A stretch of 64,000 nt of DNA from a virus. Of the stretch, positions 55,730-64,000 are shown piece by piece. The stretch spans positions 1 through 64,000 of the IMG/VR virus record IMGVR_UViG_3300025093_000011. One strand, given 5' to 3'. The notes under the pieces are model-generated. The model made no database searches. It saw nothing but the letters and a program-made list of their open reading frames with translations, and was not told where the DNA came from. How positions within the stretch are numbered: position 1 is the stretch's first letter; every line of letters begins with the position of its first letter. Both the position numbers and the translations under genes were made by a program.

Positions 55730-58198
55730 ATGCGAGTTAGAATAACAAAAGTACCAAGTAAGAATAAATTAGAAAAAGCTGCATATGGTGGTCAAACTGC
55801 CACAGGTGCTTTGAATGTAAATCCTACATCTTATTTTGGTGGTGGACGTGATAAAAGTAATTTATCTCAAGCAAGAACAGGAAAAACACTTACATCAATT
55901 CCTAGAGATAAAGCTAATTTAGAAGCTGAAGGTGGAGAGACTGCATTTGGTCCTATATCAGGAGAAAGTATTCCAGATCATTATACTATAAAAGGTCCTA
56001 GACATAGTAATGGTGGAGTACCTTTAGATCTTCCGGATGATACATTTATCTTTAGTGACACTAAGTCAATGAAAATAACTGATCCAAGAATCTTAAAAAT
56101 GTTTGGGAAAAAAGCTAAGAAAGGAGGATACACTCCTGCTGAACTTGCTAAACCATATGACATAAATAAGTATAAGTCAATCTTAATGGATCCAGATTCT
56201 GATAGAAAAGAAAGAGAAACTGCTACATTAATGATCAAAAACTTTATTATAAAGCTTGGTGCTTTAGCTTTAGCTCAAGAATCTAAAAAAGGATTTCCCC
56301 AAGGTATTCCAGAAATGGCTAAACCTTACATGGAGTCAATAGGATTAAAAGAAGAAGATATATTACCACAGGAACAGGAAATGCAACCTGAACAAATGAT
56401 GGCTATGCAACAACAAGGTCCTCCTCCAGCTGCTCCTCCAGGTGCAATGGATCCTAACCAGATGGAAGAAGTATTGCAACAAGAACAGCAAATGATGCCA
56501 CCTCAGATGGAACAGCCTATGCCTATGGCTAGATATGGTGGAACACCTATGGCTGCTTATGGTATGCAACTAGGAGGATATGATATGCCTTTTATCATGG
56601 CTAATGGTGGTTATGCAGATATGTTACCATCTTATCAAGGAGACGAAGGTGGTAGTGAAGTAAGTAGTGAAGGTGGTATGTGTAGAGTTAAAATAGATTT
56701 TGGTGGTAAACAAAATCCAGATGAAGGAGGAGGAACTGCAATAAGTGATTTTGATCAAGGAACTAGAGGTTATGTAACAATGCCTTGTTCTAAAGCTCGT
56801 GAACTTAAAGCTGCTCAGAAACAATACTATGAAGAAAAACAAAAGCTTCTTGATGCAGAGTTTGATGTAAAGAAAGGTATACTAGATCCAGCTACAGGAG
56901 ATTATATTCCGTTTACTAGAAATCAAAGGAGAAGGGATCAAGCTAGAGTAACAGCAGGAGGAAAACAAACAGGTAATTATTTAGATCATGGATGGGGAGA
57001 TCCTGCAGGTAACTTAGGTAATAGTTTTTCAGTAGATCAAGTAAATGCAATTGCTCCAGATTTTTATGATAGTTTAAAATCTCTAGCTACTTTACATAAA
57101 GAATATGTTCCAGATCAAAAAATTCCTGATCTAAGAGGAGAAAGTGAAATAGCTAATGATCCAGATGGTAATACTATAACATCTTTAGAAAATGCATTTG
57201 GTCCTAGACAATTTAGTCTTAACTATGAAATGGGAGAAATTGAAGATAATGAGTGTGTTTGTAAACATCCTCAAACAGGAGAAGTGTTACATACATGGCC
57301 AAAACCTGCAGATGGAGATTGTAGTTCAGAAGGACAACCTAAATGTGTTGTACAAGAAGATGAGAATGTAGAAATATTAGAAGATGAAATACAAGAAGAA
57401 GGAGAAACACCTCAGTATTCAGATGCAGCATTAAGAAATATGATTGCTCAAAAAACATATGATACTAGTGTTGATTATATGACTTCTCAAAGAATAGATC
57501 CTAAAATGGGTAGACCTGCATTACAAGAGAGATATGATGCTGATATATTCTCAGCTCTTGCTAATCAAAACTTAGCAATAAATCAAGGTCCAGGTAGTGC
57601 ATCACAAAAATTAATTCAAAGTTTATCAATGATGGATAAAGGTTTGAATGCAACTGGTGGTAGAAATAAAGCAACTACAGATTACAATATAAATGTACTT
57701 AATACAGAAGGTGCTAGAAATAGGGCAAGGGAACAACAAGCAGCTGCTCAAAATGCACAACTGCAATTTAAAACAGATGCATATAATATAGGTCAAGGTG
57801 AAAAACAAAGAATTGCACAAAATGTAGTTAGACAAGCACAAGGTTTAGCATTAGCTGATGCAGAAAAAGAGTTAACACAAAAACTTATGTGGAATTATCA
57901 AAATCCAAATTTCCCAATAGGTTATAAAAAAGGGGATCCAGGATTTATACCATCTTATAAAGTTAACCCTTATAAAACTAAAGGTGATCAAGATATACTA
58001 AATGAATGTATGAGAACGTATGGTGCAGAAACTCAAGCATATAAAGATTGTGTAAAAATGAAAATGGATGCAAGAAATCCTAAGAATAAAAATAAAACTA
58101 CCAATACTAATACTACTACTGCTAATCAACAGCAGCCTCTTCTTAGAAATGGTGGTTATGTTTTAGCTAGTATGATGTATCCTTTTAATAACTATTAA
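55730..58198 (+). CDS. Conserved crAss-like cargo/ejection protein
   Basis: EAEGGE...GPRHSNGGV...IFSD motif and a coiled C region. Confidence 0.7.
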   Translation: MRVRITKVPSKNKLEKAAYGGQTATGALNVNPTSYFGGGRDKSNLSQARTGKTLTSIPRDKANLEAEGGETAFGPISGESIPDHYTIKGPRHSNGGVPLDLPDDTFIFSDTKSMKITDPRILKMFGKKAKKGGYTPAELAKPYDINKYKSILMDPDSDRKERETATLMIKNFIIKLGALALAQESKKGFPQGIPEMAKPYMESIGLKEEDILPQEQEMQPEQMMAMQQQGPPPAAPPGAMDPNQMEEVLQQEQQMMPPQMEQPMPMARYGGTPMAAYGMQLGGYDMPFIMANGGYADMLPSYQGDEGGSEVSSEGGMCRVKIDFGGKQNPDEGGGTAISDFDQGTRGYVTMPCSKARELKAAQKQYYEEKQKLLDAEFDVKKGILDPATGDYIPFTRNQRRRDQARVTAGGKQTGNYLDHGWGDPAGNLGNSFSVDQVNAIAPDFYDSLKSLATLHKEYVPDQKIPDLRGESEIANDPDGNTITSLENAFGPRQFSLNYEMGEIEDNECVCKHPQTGEVLHTWPKPADGDCSSEGQPKCVVQEDENVEILEDEIQEEGETPQYSDAALRNMIAQKTYDTSVDYMTSQRIDPKMGRPALQERYDADIFSALANQNLAINQGPGSASQKLIQSLSMMDKGLNATGGRNKATTDYNINVLNTEGARNRAREQQAAAQNAQLQFKTDAYNIGQGEKQRIAQNVVRQAQGLALADAEKELTQKLMWNYQNPNFPIGYKKGDPGFIPSYKVNPYKTKGDQDILNECMRTYGAETQAYKDCVKMKMDARNPKNKNKTTNTNTTTANQQQPLLRNGGYVLASMMYPFNNY

Positions 58199-58263
58199 AC
58201 TTAAAAGGTTTAATAAACTTATAAAATGTTAATATATTTATAATTTAAAAAATATTTGATAAA

Positions 58264-61200
58264 ATGGCAAGATATCCACAAGGTGTAACCTCATTTGTTC
58301 CAAGTTATCAGGCTTATGAACCTGATTTTACTACTATGGGTAAAATGTTAAGCATTAGACAAAATCAGTATGACCAAAATTGGGATAGACTAAATCAGGT
58401 ATACGGTTCATTATTATATGGAAATACTACACATGAGCAAAGTCAGAAAGTAAAAGATCAATTAAAAAATGAAATTGATTTCAACTTAAGAAGAGTTGCA
58501 GGATTAGATCTTTCTAGAGAACAAAATGTACAACAGGCATTACAAGTTTTTCAACCATTTTATGAAAATAAAAATTTAATGTATGATATGGCAGCTACTA
58601 AAAATAGAGAGACTGCTATATCTAAAGGGATGGGTTATAAGAATGCAACTGATCCAAACTTAAAAGGTTTATGGTGGGCAGGAGGATTGCAAGCTATTGA
58701 AGAAAAAACTAAAGATTTTCAAGCAACTCCATATGATCAAATTAGAGAATCTGGATTTAATAATATATCATATACTCCATGGGTAGACATTAACGGTAGA
58801 GCTGAAGAAATAGCAAAAGACTTTGGTGATAGAGTTACTCCAAGCTTTAGTGCAGATGGTAAATGGGTTATTCATACTAAAAATGGTGAGCAACTAACTG
58901 AACCCTTACAAGAGTTATTTAGACTTAGATTAGGAAGTGACCCTGCTGTACAAGAGTTATATTCTACAAAGGCTTATTTAAAAAGAAAAAACTTTATGAA
59001 TGAGAGAGCTGGAGAATATGGAGGAGATCCTAAAGCAGCTGAGAAAGAATATCTTAAAGAACGTTATGATTTTTATAAACAAAGTGTAGAGAATAGAAAT
59101 AAATCTTTAAGAGAAAGAAAGTCTTATTATGATAATAATATTAACTTATTAAATCAAAGTATTAAGAATAATACTGCAACTGCAAATTCTGCAAGCACTC
59201 TTAGAGATTTAGAATTAAACAGACAAGTTCTACAAAATTCTTTAGATGAATCTGATCATGCATTAAAAATGGTTCAGGATGGTCAAAATATATTATCAGG
59301 ATCACAAGGTCAAAATACTCCTGATTATAAACAATTAGAAACTTTTGTTGATTCATTAGAAGCTAATCAACTTCTAGGAAATGATTTAGGATTGGCAGCA
59401 AGTACTTTTGCTAAAAGAAACTATGAACAAACTATAAAACAAAATCCTTATAAGGTTCAAGAAATAGCTTTTGCTAATAGTAAGGCATTGAAAAAAATGC
59501 AGTTTGAGCATGATGAAAACCAAAGGAGGTTAAAAAATAATGATGCTTTAACACAAGCATATTATAAGAATTTGGTAGAGGTGCAAAAAACACATCAATA
59601 CTATATGGATGAAAATGGAGCTATGAGTGTTGTTCCAATAAAGGGAGTTAATGAACCTTATAGTGTACAAGATCCTAACACTACTCCTCCATCAACAGAT
59701 TTTCAAGAAGCTGCTGCTGATTATAATACTAAAAAGTTTAGAGATGCAAGTCAATCTGTAAATGAAGGTATAGGATTATTAGCACCTTTAGGTCTTACTG
59801 AAGAACAACAAAAATCTATATTAGGTGATGGTTACACTTTTGAAACTTTTGATAAGTTACTACAAGAAACTCAAAAGAAAGGTGCTTCTAATGTTTGGGA
59901 TATGAAAAGACCTAATGGTGAATCTGTTGGAGACATATCATTTTTATTAGCTGATAAGCTTGAAAGGATGAGAGTTGCAATCTTTGAAAATAAAGATTAT
60001 AATGATTTAATAAGTAACAGAGAAACACAACCACGTCTAGATGAATTTGAAATAAAGGTTCAAGAAAACTTTTTGGATTTGCAGAACATGAATTCCAACT
60101 TAACTTGGATGAATAAAACTCATGCAGCAGTAGCAGAGCATGCATCTAAATCAACTAATCCTTCTGAACAAGCTTATGCATATGCCTATGATGATTTTGG
60201 AAATAAAGTAGGTGAAGAACAGTATATACAAAACTTAATAAATAGTAAAGCTATTAGTGCAGAAGCTATGGAAAAATTTAAAGATCTGGCACGAATGAGA
60301 GGCAGGCAAGATCTTATAGATGCTACATCTGAAATAGCTTGGGAGCAGGGACAGTATGGTATGTCTGTTGCAATGAAGTTTGGAAATCTTCTTGGAATAG
60401 GTACTATAACAGAAGAGGGTCCTGTTCAATGGGGAAAAAATATATTAAGTGTAATTACAGAAAATTGGGATTACCCGTCATATGAAGATGTTATAGAAGC
60501 CGGTGATGAACTGTGGAAAAATAATAATATAATAGGTAAAGATAGACCTATCTATTACGGAACATCAGTAGGAGAGGGGGGAGCAGGAGCTGCATCAAGA
60601 ACAACTTTTATGAATGTTATGCCTAATGGTACTAATTCATCTGTTTATAAATATACATATGGAGGAAATACTGTAAAGAGATCTATTTATGACAATGTAA
60701 ATCAAATGGACTTAGGTGATTCATCAAGATTTTTAATATCTCTAAATGGTGTAGGAAGAAGTGCTGGTGATAAAGTAAATAAAGATGATGCTACTTCAGA
60801 TAGAAATGCTGGAATGAGTGCTATTTCATTAATGCTAAACAATAGAGAAATGGCAAAATATGATGAGGATGCTTTAAGAGTTGGAGTATATGGAACTATA
60901 GGCTATGAAGGTAATAAATCAGCATACACTTTTAAACCCGGTAAAGAATTTATTGATGCTTATACAACCAAAGTTGATTCAGAGGGTAATGTGACTCAAG
61001 CAGGTTTATGGAGTGCAGAGCAGGGTCAGGCAATACTTACAAATGGTGTTTCTATAATAGGTGATCAAGATATGTTTGATTCAGATGTTTATGATAAATA
61101 TTATGGTAGCAGCATTGGTACTCATTTAAATACACAACAAATGAACGATCCTACAAAACCTGCAACATTAACTTACACACATGCTCCAGGATATACACAG

Positions 61201-61506
61201 ACTTTTACAAAAGTTCCTGTTTCAGATTCTTATGAGGTATCTTATACAATGCCTGTTTTTGATATACAACAATATTTATTATCTGGAACAATGCCTTCAA
61301 GAACAACTTATAATACACAAGCTGGTCAAGGTTCTCTTGATCAACAGTTTGCACAATTTCCAAGTCAGATGAAACAGTTTCAACAGTTTAATAATCAAAA
61401 TGCACAAGCAGTAAGAGGATTTAAAGATAATGGCTTTACAGATAAACAAATTATAGAACTCTGGAATAAGTCAGGTGGTAACTTTAGTGGTGTAAATAGA
61501 TATTAA
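58264..61506 (+). CDS. Virion cargo/ejection protein
   Basis: 1080 aa and helical, with N-terminal YEPDF...RQNQYD. Synteny places it before the giant cargo gene. Confidence 0.65.
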   Translation: MARYPQGVTSFVPSYQAYEPDFTTMGKMLSIRQNQYDQNWDRLNQVYGSLLYGNTTHEQSQKVKDQLKNEIDFNLRRVAGLDLSREQNVQQALQVFQPFYENKNLMYDMAATKNRETAISKGMGYKNATDPNLKGLWWAGGLQAIEEKTKDFQATPYDQIRESGFNNISYTPWVDINGRAEEIAKDFGDRVTPSFSADGKWVIHTKNGEQLTEPLQELFRLRLGSDPAVQELYSTKAYLKRKNFMNERAGEYGGDPKAAEKEYLKERYDFYKQSVENRNKSLRERKSYYDNNINLLNQSIKNNTATANSASTLRDLELNRQVLQNSLDESDHALKMVQDGQNILSGSQGQNTPDYKQLETFVDSLEANQLLGNDLGLAASTFAKRNYEQTIKQNPYKVQEIAFANSKALKKMQFEHDENQRRLKNNDALTQAYYKNLVEVQKTHQYYMDENGAMSVVPIKGVNEPYSVQDPNTTPPSTDFQEAAADYNTKKFRDASQSVNEGIGLLAPLGLTEEQQKSILGDGYTFETFDKLLQETQKKGASNVWDMKRPNGESVGDISFLLADKLERMRVAIFENKDYNDLISNRETQPRLDEFEIKVQENFLDLQNMNSNLTWMNKTHAAVAEHASKSTNPSEQAYAYAYDDFGNKVGEEQYIQNLINSKAISAEAMEKFKDLARMRGRQDLIDATSEIAWEQGQYGMSVAMKFGNLLGIGTITEEGPVQWGKNILSVITENWDYPSYEDVIEAGDELWKNNNIIGKDRPIYYGTSVGEGGAGAASRTTFMNVMPNGTNSSVYKYTYGGNTVKRSIYDNVNQMDLGDSSRFLISLNGVGRSAGDKVNKDDATSDRNAGMSAISLMLNNREMAKYDEDALRVGVYGTIGYEGNKSAYTFKPGKEFIDAYTTKVDSEGNVTQAGLWSAEQGQAILTNGVSIIGDQDMFDSDVYDKYYGSSIGTHLNTQQMNDPTKPATLTYTHAPGYTQTFTKVPVSDSYEVSYTMPVFDIQQYLLSGTMPSRTTYNTQAGQGSLDQQFAQFPSQMKQFQQFNNQNAQAVRGFKDNGFTDKQIIELWNKSGGNFSGVNRY

Positions 61507-61513
61507 TTAAGAT

Positions 61514-64000
61514 ATGGCTGAAGAATTAGAAAATCAGAATATGCAAGATGTTGCTAATGAGCAAATGAATCAACAAATGATGTCTCAGCAAGATCAAGCA
61601 AATCAACAAGAGCAATCTGTTGAGCAAAAGGTATTTAATCTTGACAATACTCAAAACGAACCTGTAGATCCAAATGTAACATCAACACTTGGTGCAGCAC
61701 AATTAATGAATAATTTAAATACTTCATTTCCAGCTTTACCTGTAGATAATAAATTTGATATACCAGCTCCTCAAGTACAAGAAAATGTTGTAGGTCTTCC
61801 TGATCAACCTCCTGGACCTTATGCTGTTAAAACTCAAGGGGATGCTTTAGTACAGATGCTTCGTGATCAAAGTGAACGTACAAGTAGAACAGAAAACAAA
61901 GATTTTGGAATGTTCTATAATTATGACAATGGTCCTGATGGAAATGCTTTTTATAAAAGGTATGCTGCATTAGTTGGTACTTCTGATTCTTTGTTTGGAG
62001 GAAAAACTTTTGATAATAAAACATTTGATCAAATAGGGTTTTCTCCATTAAGAAATAATGAAGCTAACTTTAATGCACATACTACAGGATGGAATGACTG
62101 GGGTAGAATGTATAGACATTCATTTCCTGTTTTATTTAAAAGAGGTTTTGTAGATGGACCTAAAAGTATGATAAAAGCATTTAGTGGAGATTTTAGAGGT
62201 GCTGATCTTGCTGATGCAAAAGAGTATGAAGAAGCCGCAGCTATAGGAATGTCAAGTAAAGATGGTGTTGGCCCATGGTTTAATAATACTGTAATGAACT
62301 TTGGTTATACTGCAGGTATAATTTTGGAAGCCATAGCAGAAGAATTTGCTCTGAGTGCTATGACTCTTGGTTCTGGAGGACTAGGAGCTGGAGTACAAGC
62401 ATCAAGAACTGCTCAACTTATAAAAGGTATTGGAAAAGGTCTTGGTAAATTTGGATCTGGTGGTAAAGCTGTGAAAGATTTATTAAAAGCAACTAGTACC
62501 GTACCTGGTGCAAGAGGTTTATTTAATGGAGTTAAAAAAACTGGAAAGTTTTTCAACCCTTTAGAAAATACTACAAGTACTATATCTGCTTTATATAAAG
62601 GTTCTAATGGTGGAAAGTATGTAACAGGAATAGCAGCGATGTCAAAAACTGCAGGTGCTTTATATAGAGATATGAGAGCATTGAACATGGCTGTATCTGA
62701 GTCTAGATTAGAAGCAGGAATGGTTGAGAACAAAGTGTTTGATAAACTTTATAAAAAGCACTACAAAGATTTTGGAGTTAGACCTACTGCAAAACAGCAA
62801 GCTGATATGAGAGAGCAAGCTAAAGTAGCTTCTTTATCTACATTTAACTCTAATGCTCCTATAATATATTTAACTAATAGATTAACTTTTAGAAACGTGG
62901 TATCTCCTAAAGGAGGTTTAAGAAATTTTATAAAAAATACAAGAGAAGATATTTATAAAATTGGTGCTACTGCAGGTGAAAGAAATTTTGGAACTTTAGG
63001 TAAAGTTATTTATAACAATAGTAAAAAAGCTTTTGAGTTTGAAGCTAATAACTTAAAAGGTTTAGCTAAAAGTTGGTGGAAAAATCCAGGTTATAAAACA
63101 GCTGCTAAAACATTAGGCTATTTTAAATCTAATTTCTCAGAAGGATTTCAAGAAAACTTTCAAGAAATAGTAGCACGGTCTACTGAAAAATATTACACTG
63201 AGGCATTTGAAACAAATGTTGTTTCTTCAAGTTTGTATGCTAATGCAGTAAATGACATGACATTTAAAATACAAACAGGAAGTGTACCAACAAATGTTTA
63301 TAGAGATGAAATTAAGAATGAACTTAGTGCTGAAGGATTTAAAACCTTTGCTTCAGGTTTTGCAATGGGTATGTTCTCAGCACCTTTAAATCAAGCAATA
63401 CCTTTTTTAAGTACTCAGTATAATAGAATATATCATAAAGATGAATATGTTAAATGGAAAAGAGATAAATTAAAAATTACTAAAGAGTTAGCTAAAGACT
63501 TAAATAATATAAATACAGGAGATCTTTTAAATCAGAGATTAATGAATGTTGGCATGCAAGATATAATAGCTGACATTTATAAAAATGGTAGCAAAAAAGA
63601 AGCTCTTGATGCAGAATTAGAAGGTTTTGTTAAAACTGTTTCTGTAATGAGTAAGACAGGAACGTTTGGTGTCTTCATTGATAAGTTGGAAGAAATGAAA
63701 ACTCAAACAGATGAAGAATTAATAGATGATGTTGGTTCATCTGATATTAAAGAAGCTCCAAAGTATAGAGAAAGAATTGATAGAACTATTGCTAGGTTAA
63801 AGTCTATTGATGAAAATCTTAAAACTGCTAGAGAAAAATTAGAAAATCCTGTAACAGATGAAATGATAGAAACTGCTGCTGATAATAAAGAGAAAGAATC
63901 TCTTAAAACATTACAATCAGCTTGGAATAAATCTGTAACAAATTTTGTTTTCTTTAATGAAAGTTTTAAGGATACATTACAAAGAATGAATTCTATTCAA
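61514..64000 (+). CDS. Giant virion cargo protein, 5' part (truncated by window). Candidate component of the virion RNA polymerase block.
   Basis: Open frame from ATG 61514 to the window end, with a Gly/Ala hydrophobic stretch and SEGFQENFQE. No RNAP catalytic motif lies inside the window. Confidence 0.7.
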   Translation, partial: MAEELENQNMQDVANEQMNQQMMSQQDQANQQEQSVEQKVFNLDNTQNEPVDPNVTSTLGAAQLMNNLNTSFPALPVDNKFDIPAPQVQENVVGLPDQPPGPYAVKTQGDALVQMLRDQSERTSRTENKDFGMFYNYDNGPDGNAFYKRYAALVGTSDSLFGGKTFDNKTFDQIGFSPLRNNEANFNAHTTGWNDWGRMYRHSFPVLFKRGFVDGPKSMIKAFSGDFRGADLADAKEYEEAAAIGMSSKDGVGPWFNNTVMNFGYTAGIILEAIAEEFALSAMTLGSGGLGAGVQASRTAQLIKGIGKGLGKFGSGGKAVKDLLKATSTVPGARGLFNGVKKTGKFFNPLENTTSTISALYKGSNGGKYVTGIAAMSKTAGALYRDMRALNMAVSESRLEAGMVENKVFDKLYKKHYKDFGVRPTAKQQADMREQAKVASLSTFNSNAPIIYLTNRLTFRNVVSPKGGLRNFIKNTREDIYKIGATAGERNFGTLGKVIYNNSKKAFEFEANNLKGLAKSWWKNPGYKTAAKTLGYFKSNFSEGFQENFQEIVARSTEKYYTEAFETNVVSSSLYANAVNDMTFKIQTGSVPTNVYRDEIKNELSAEGFKTFASGFAMGMFSAPLNQAIPFLSTQYNRIYHKDEYVKWKRDKLKITKELAKDLNNINTGDLLNQRLMNVGMQDIIADIYKNGSKKEALDAELEGFVKTVSVMSKTGTFGVFIDKLEEMKTQTDEELIDDVGSSDIKEAPKYRERIDRTIARLKSIDENLKTAREKLENPVTDEMIETAADNKEKESLKTLQSAWNKSVTNFVFFNESFKDTLQRMNSIQ

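Noticed and set aside
2208-62733. Short minus-strand and alternate-frame ORFs overlapping late genes (e.g. 2208-2459, 6116-6418, 19617-19826, 50514-50750, 62413-62733)
   Set aside because: Shadow ORFs of strongly coding + strand genes, with no motifs or expression signals.
1-64000. Stop-codon reassignment as in some gut crAssphages
   Set aside because: Genes are long and intact in code 11, and both TAG and TGA end genes at sensible boundaries.
1-64000. tRNA genes or integrase
   Set aside because: No cloverleaf or recombinase motif recognised by eye. tRNAscan-SE would confirm.

Overview
This is an AT-rich (roughly 30-33% GC by eye) segment of a large lytic crAss-like (Crassvirales-type) phage that probably infects an aquatic Bacteroidota/Flavobacteriales host. 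It uses the standard genetic code. Bases 1-1460 hold small minus-strand genes, each arranged as a repeated 24-bp promoter, a gene and a terminator. A G-rich strand-switch region follows at about 1510-1730. The plus-strand late region then runs in this order: GroES, DUF3310, head-decoration and DUF285 adhesin genes, a metallophosphoesterase, a lysis cassette, HTH/HU/PD-(D/E)xK nuclease genes, TerL, portal, scaffold, major capsid protein, eight small Lys/Arg-rich proteins, ring/fibre/muzzle genes, and very large modular virion cargo proteins, the last of which is truncated. The leading new candidates are: (1) a 3'-UTR hairpin RNA at about 31741-31812 whose loop UUUGUUGGUUU is antisense to an AACCAACA(AA) box at the translation starts of several assembly genes; (2) two phage-specific promoter classes plus a palindromic operator; (3) a shared peptide grammar (x-x-x-GG, YQGDEGG, ELT..E..GGY.LEEL) that punctuates the cargo polyproteins and the small basic proteins. 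All protein calls come from motif recognition and synteny. No database searches were run.
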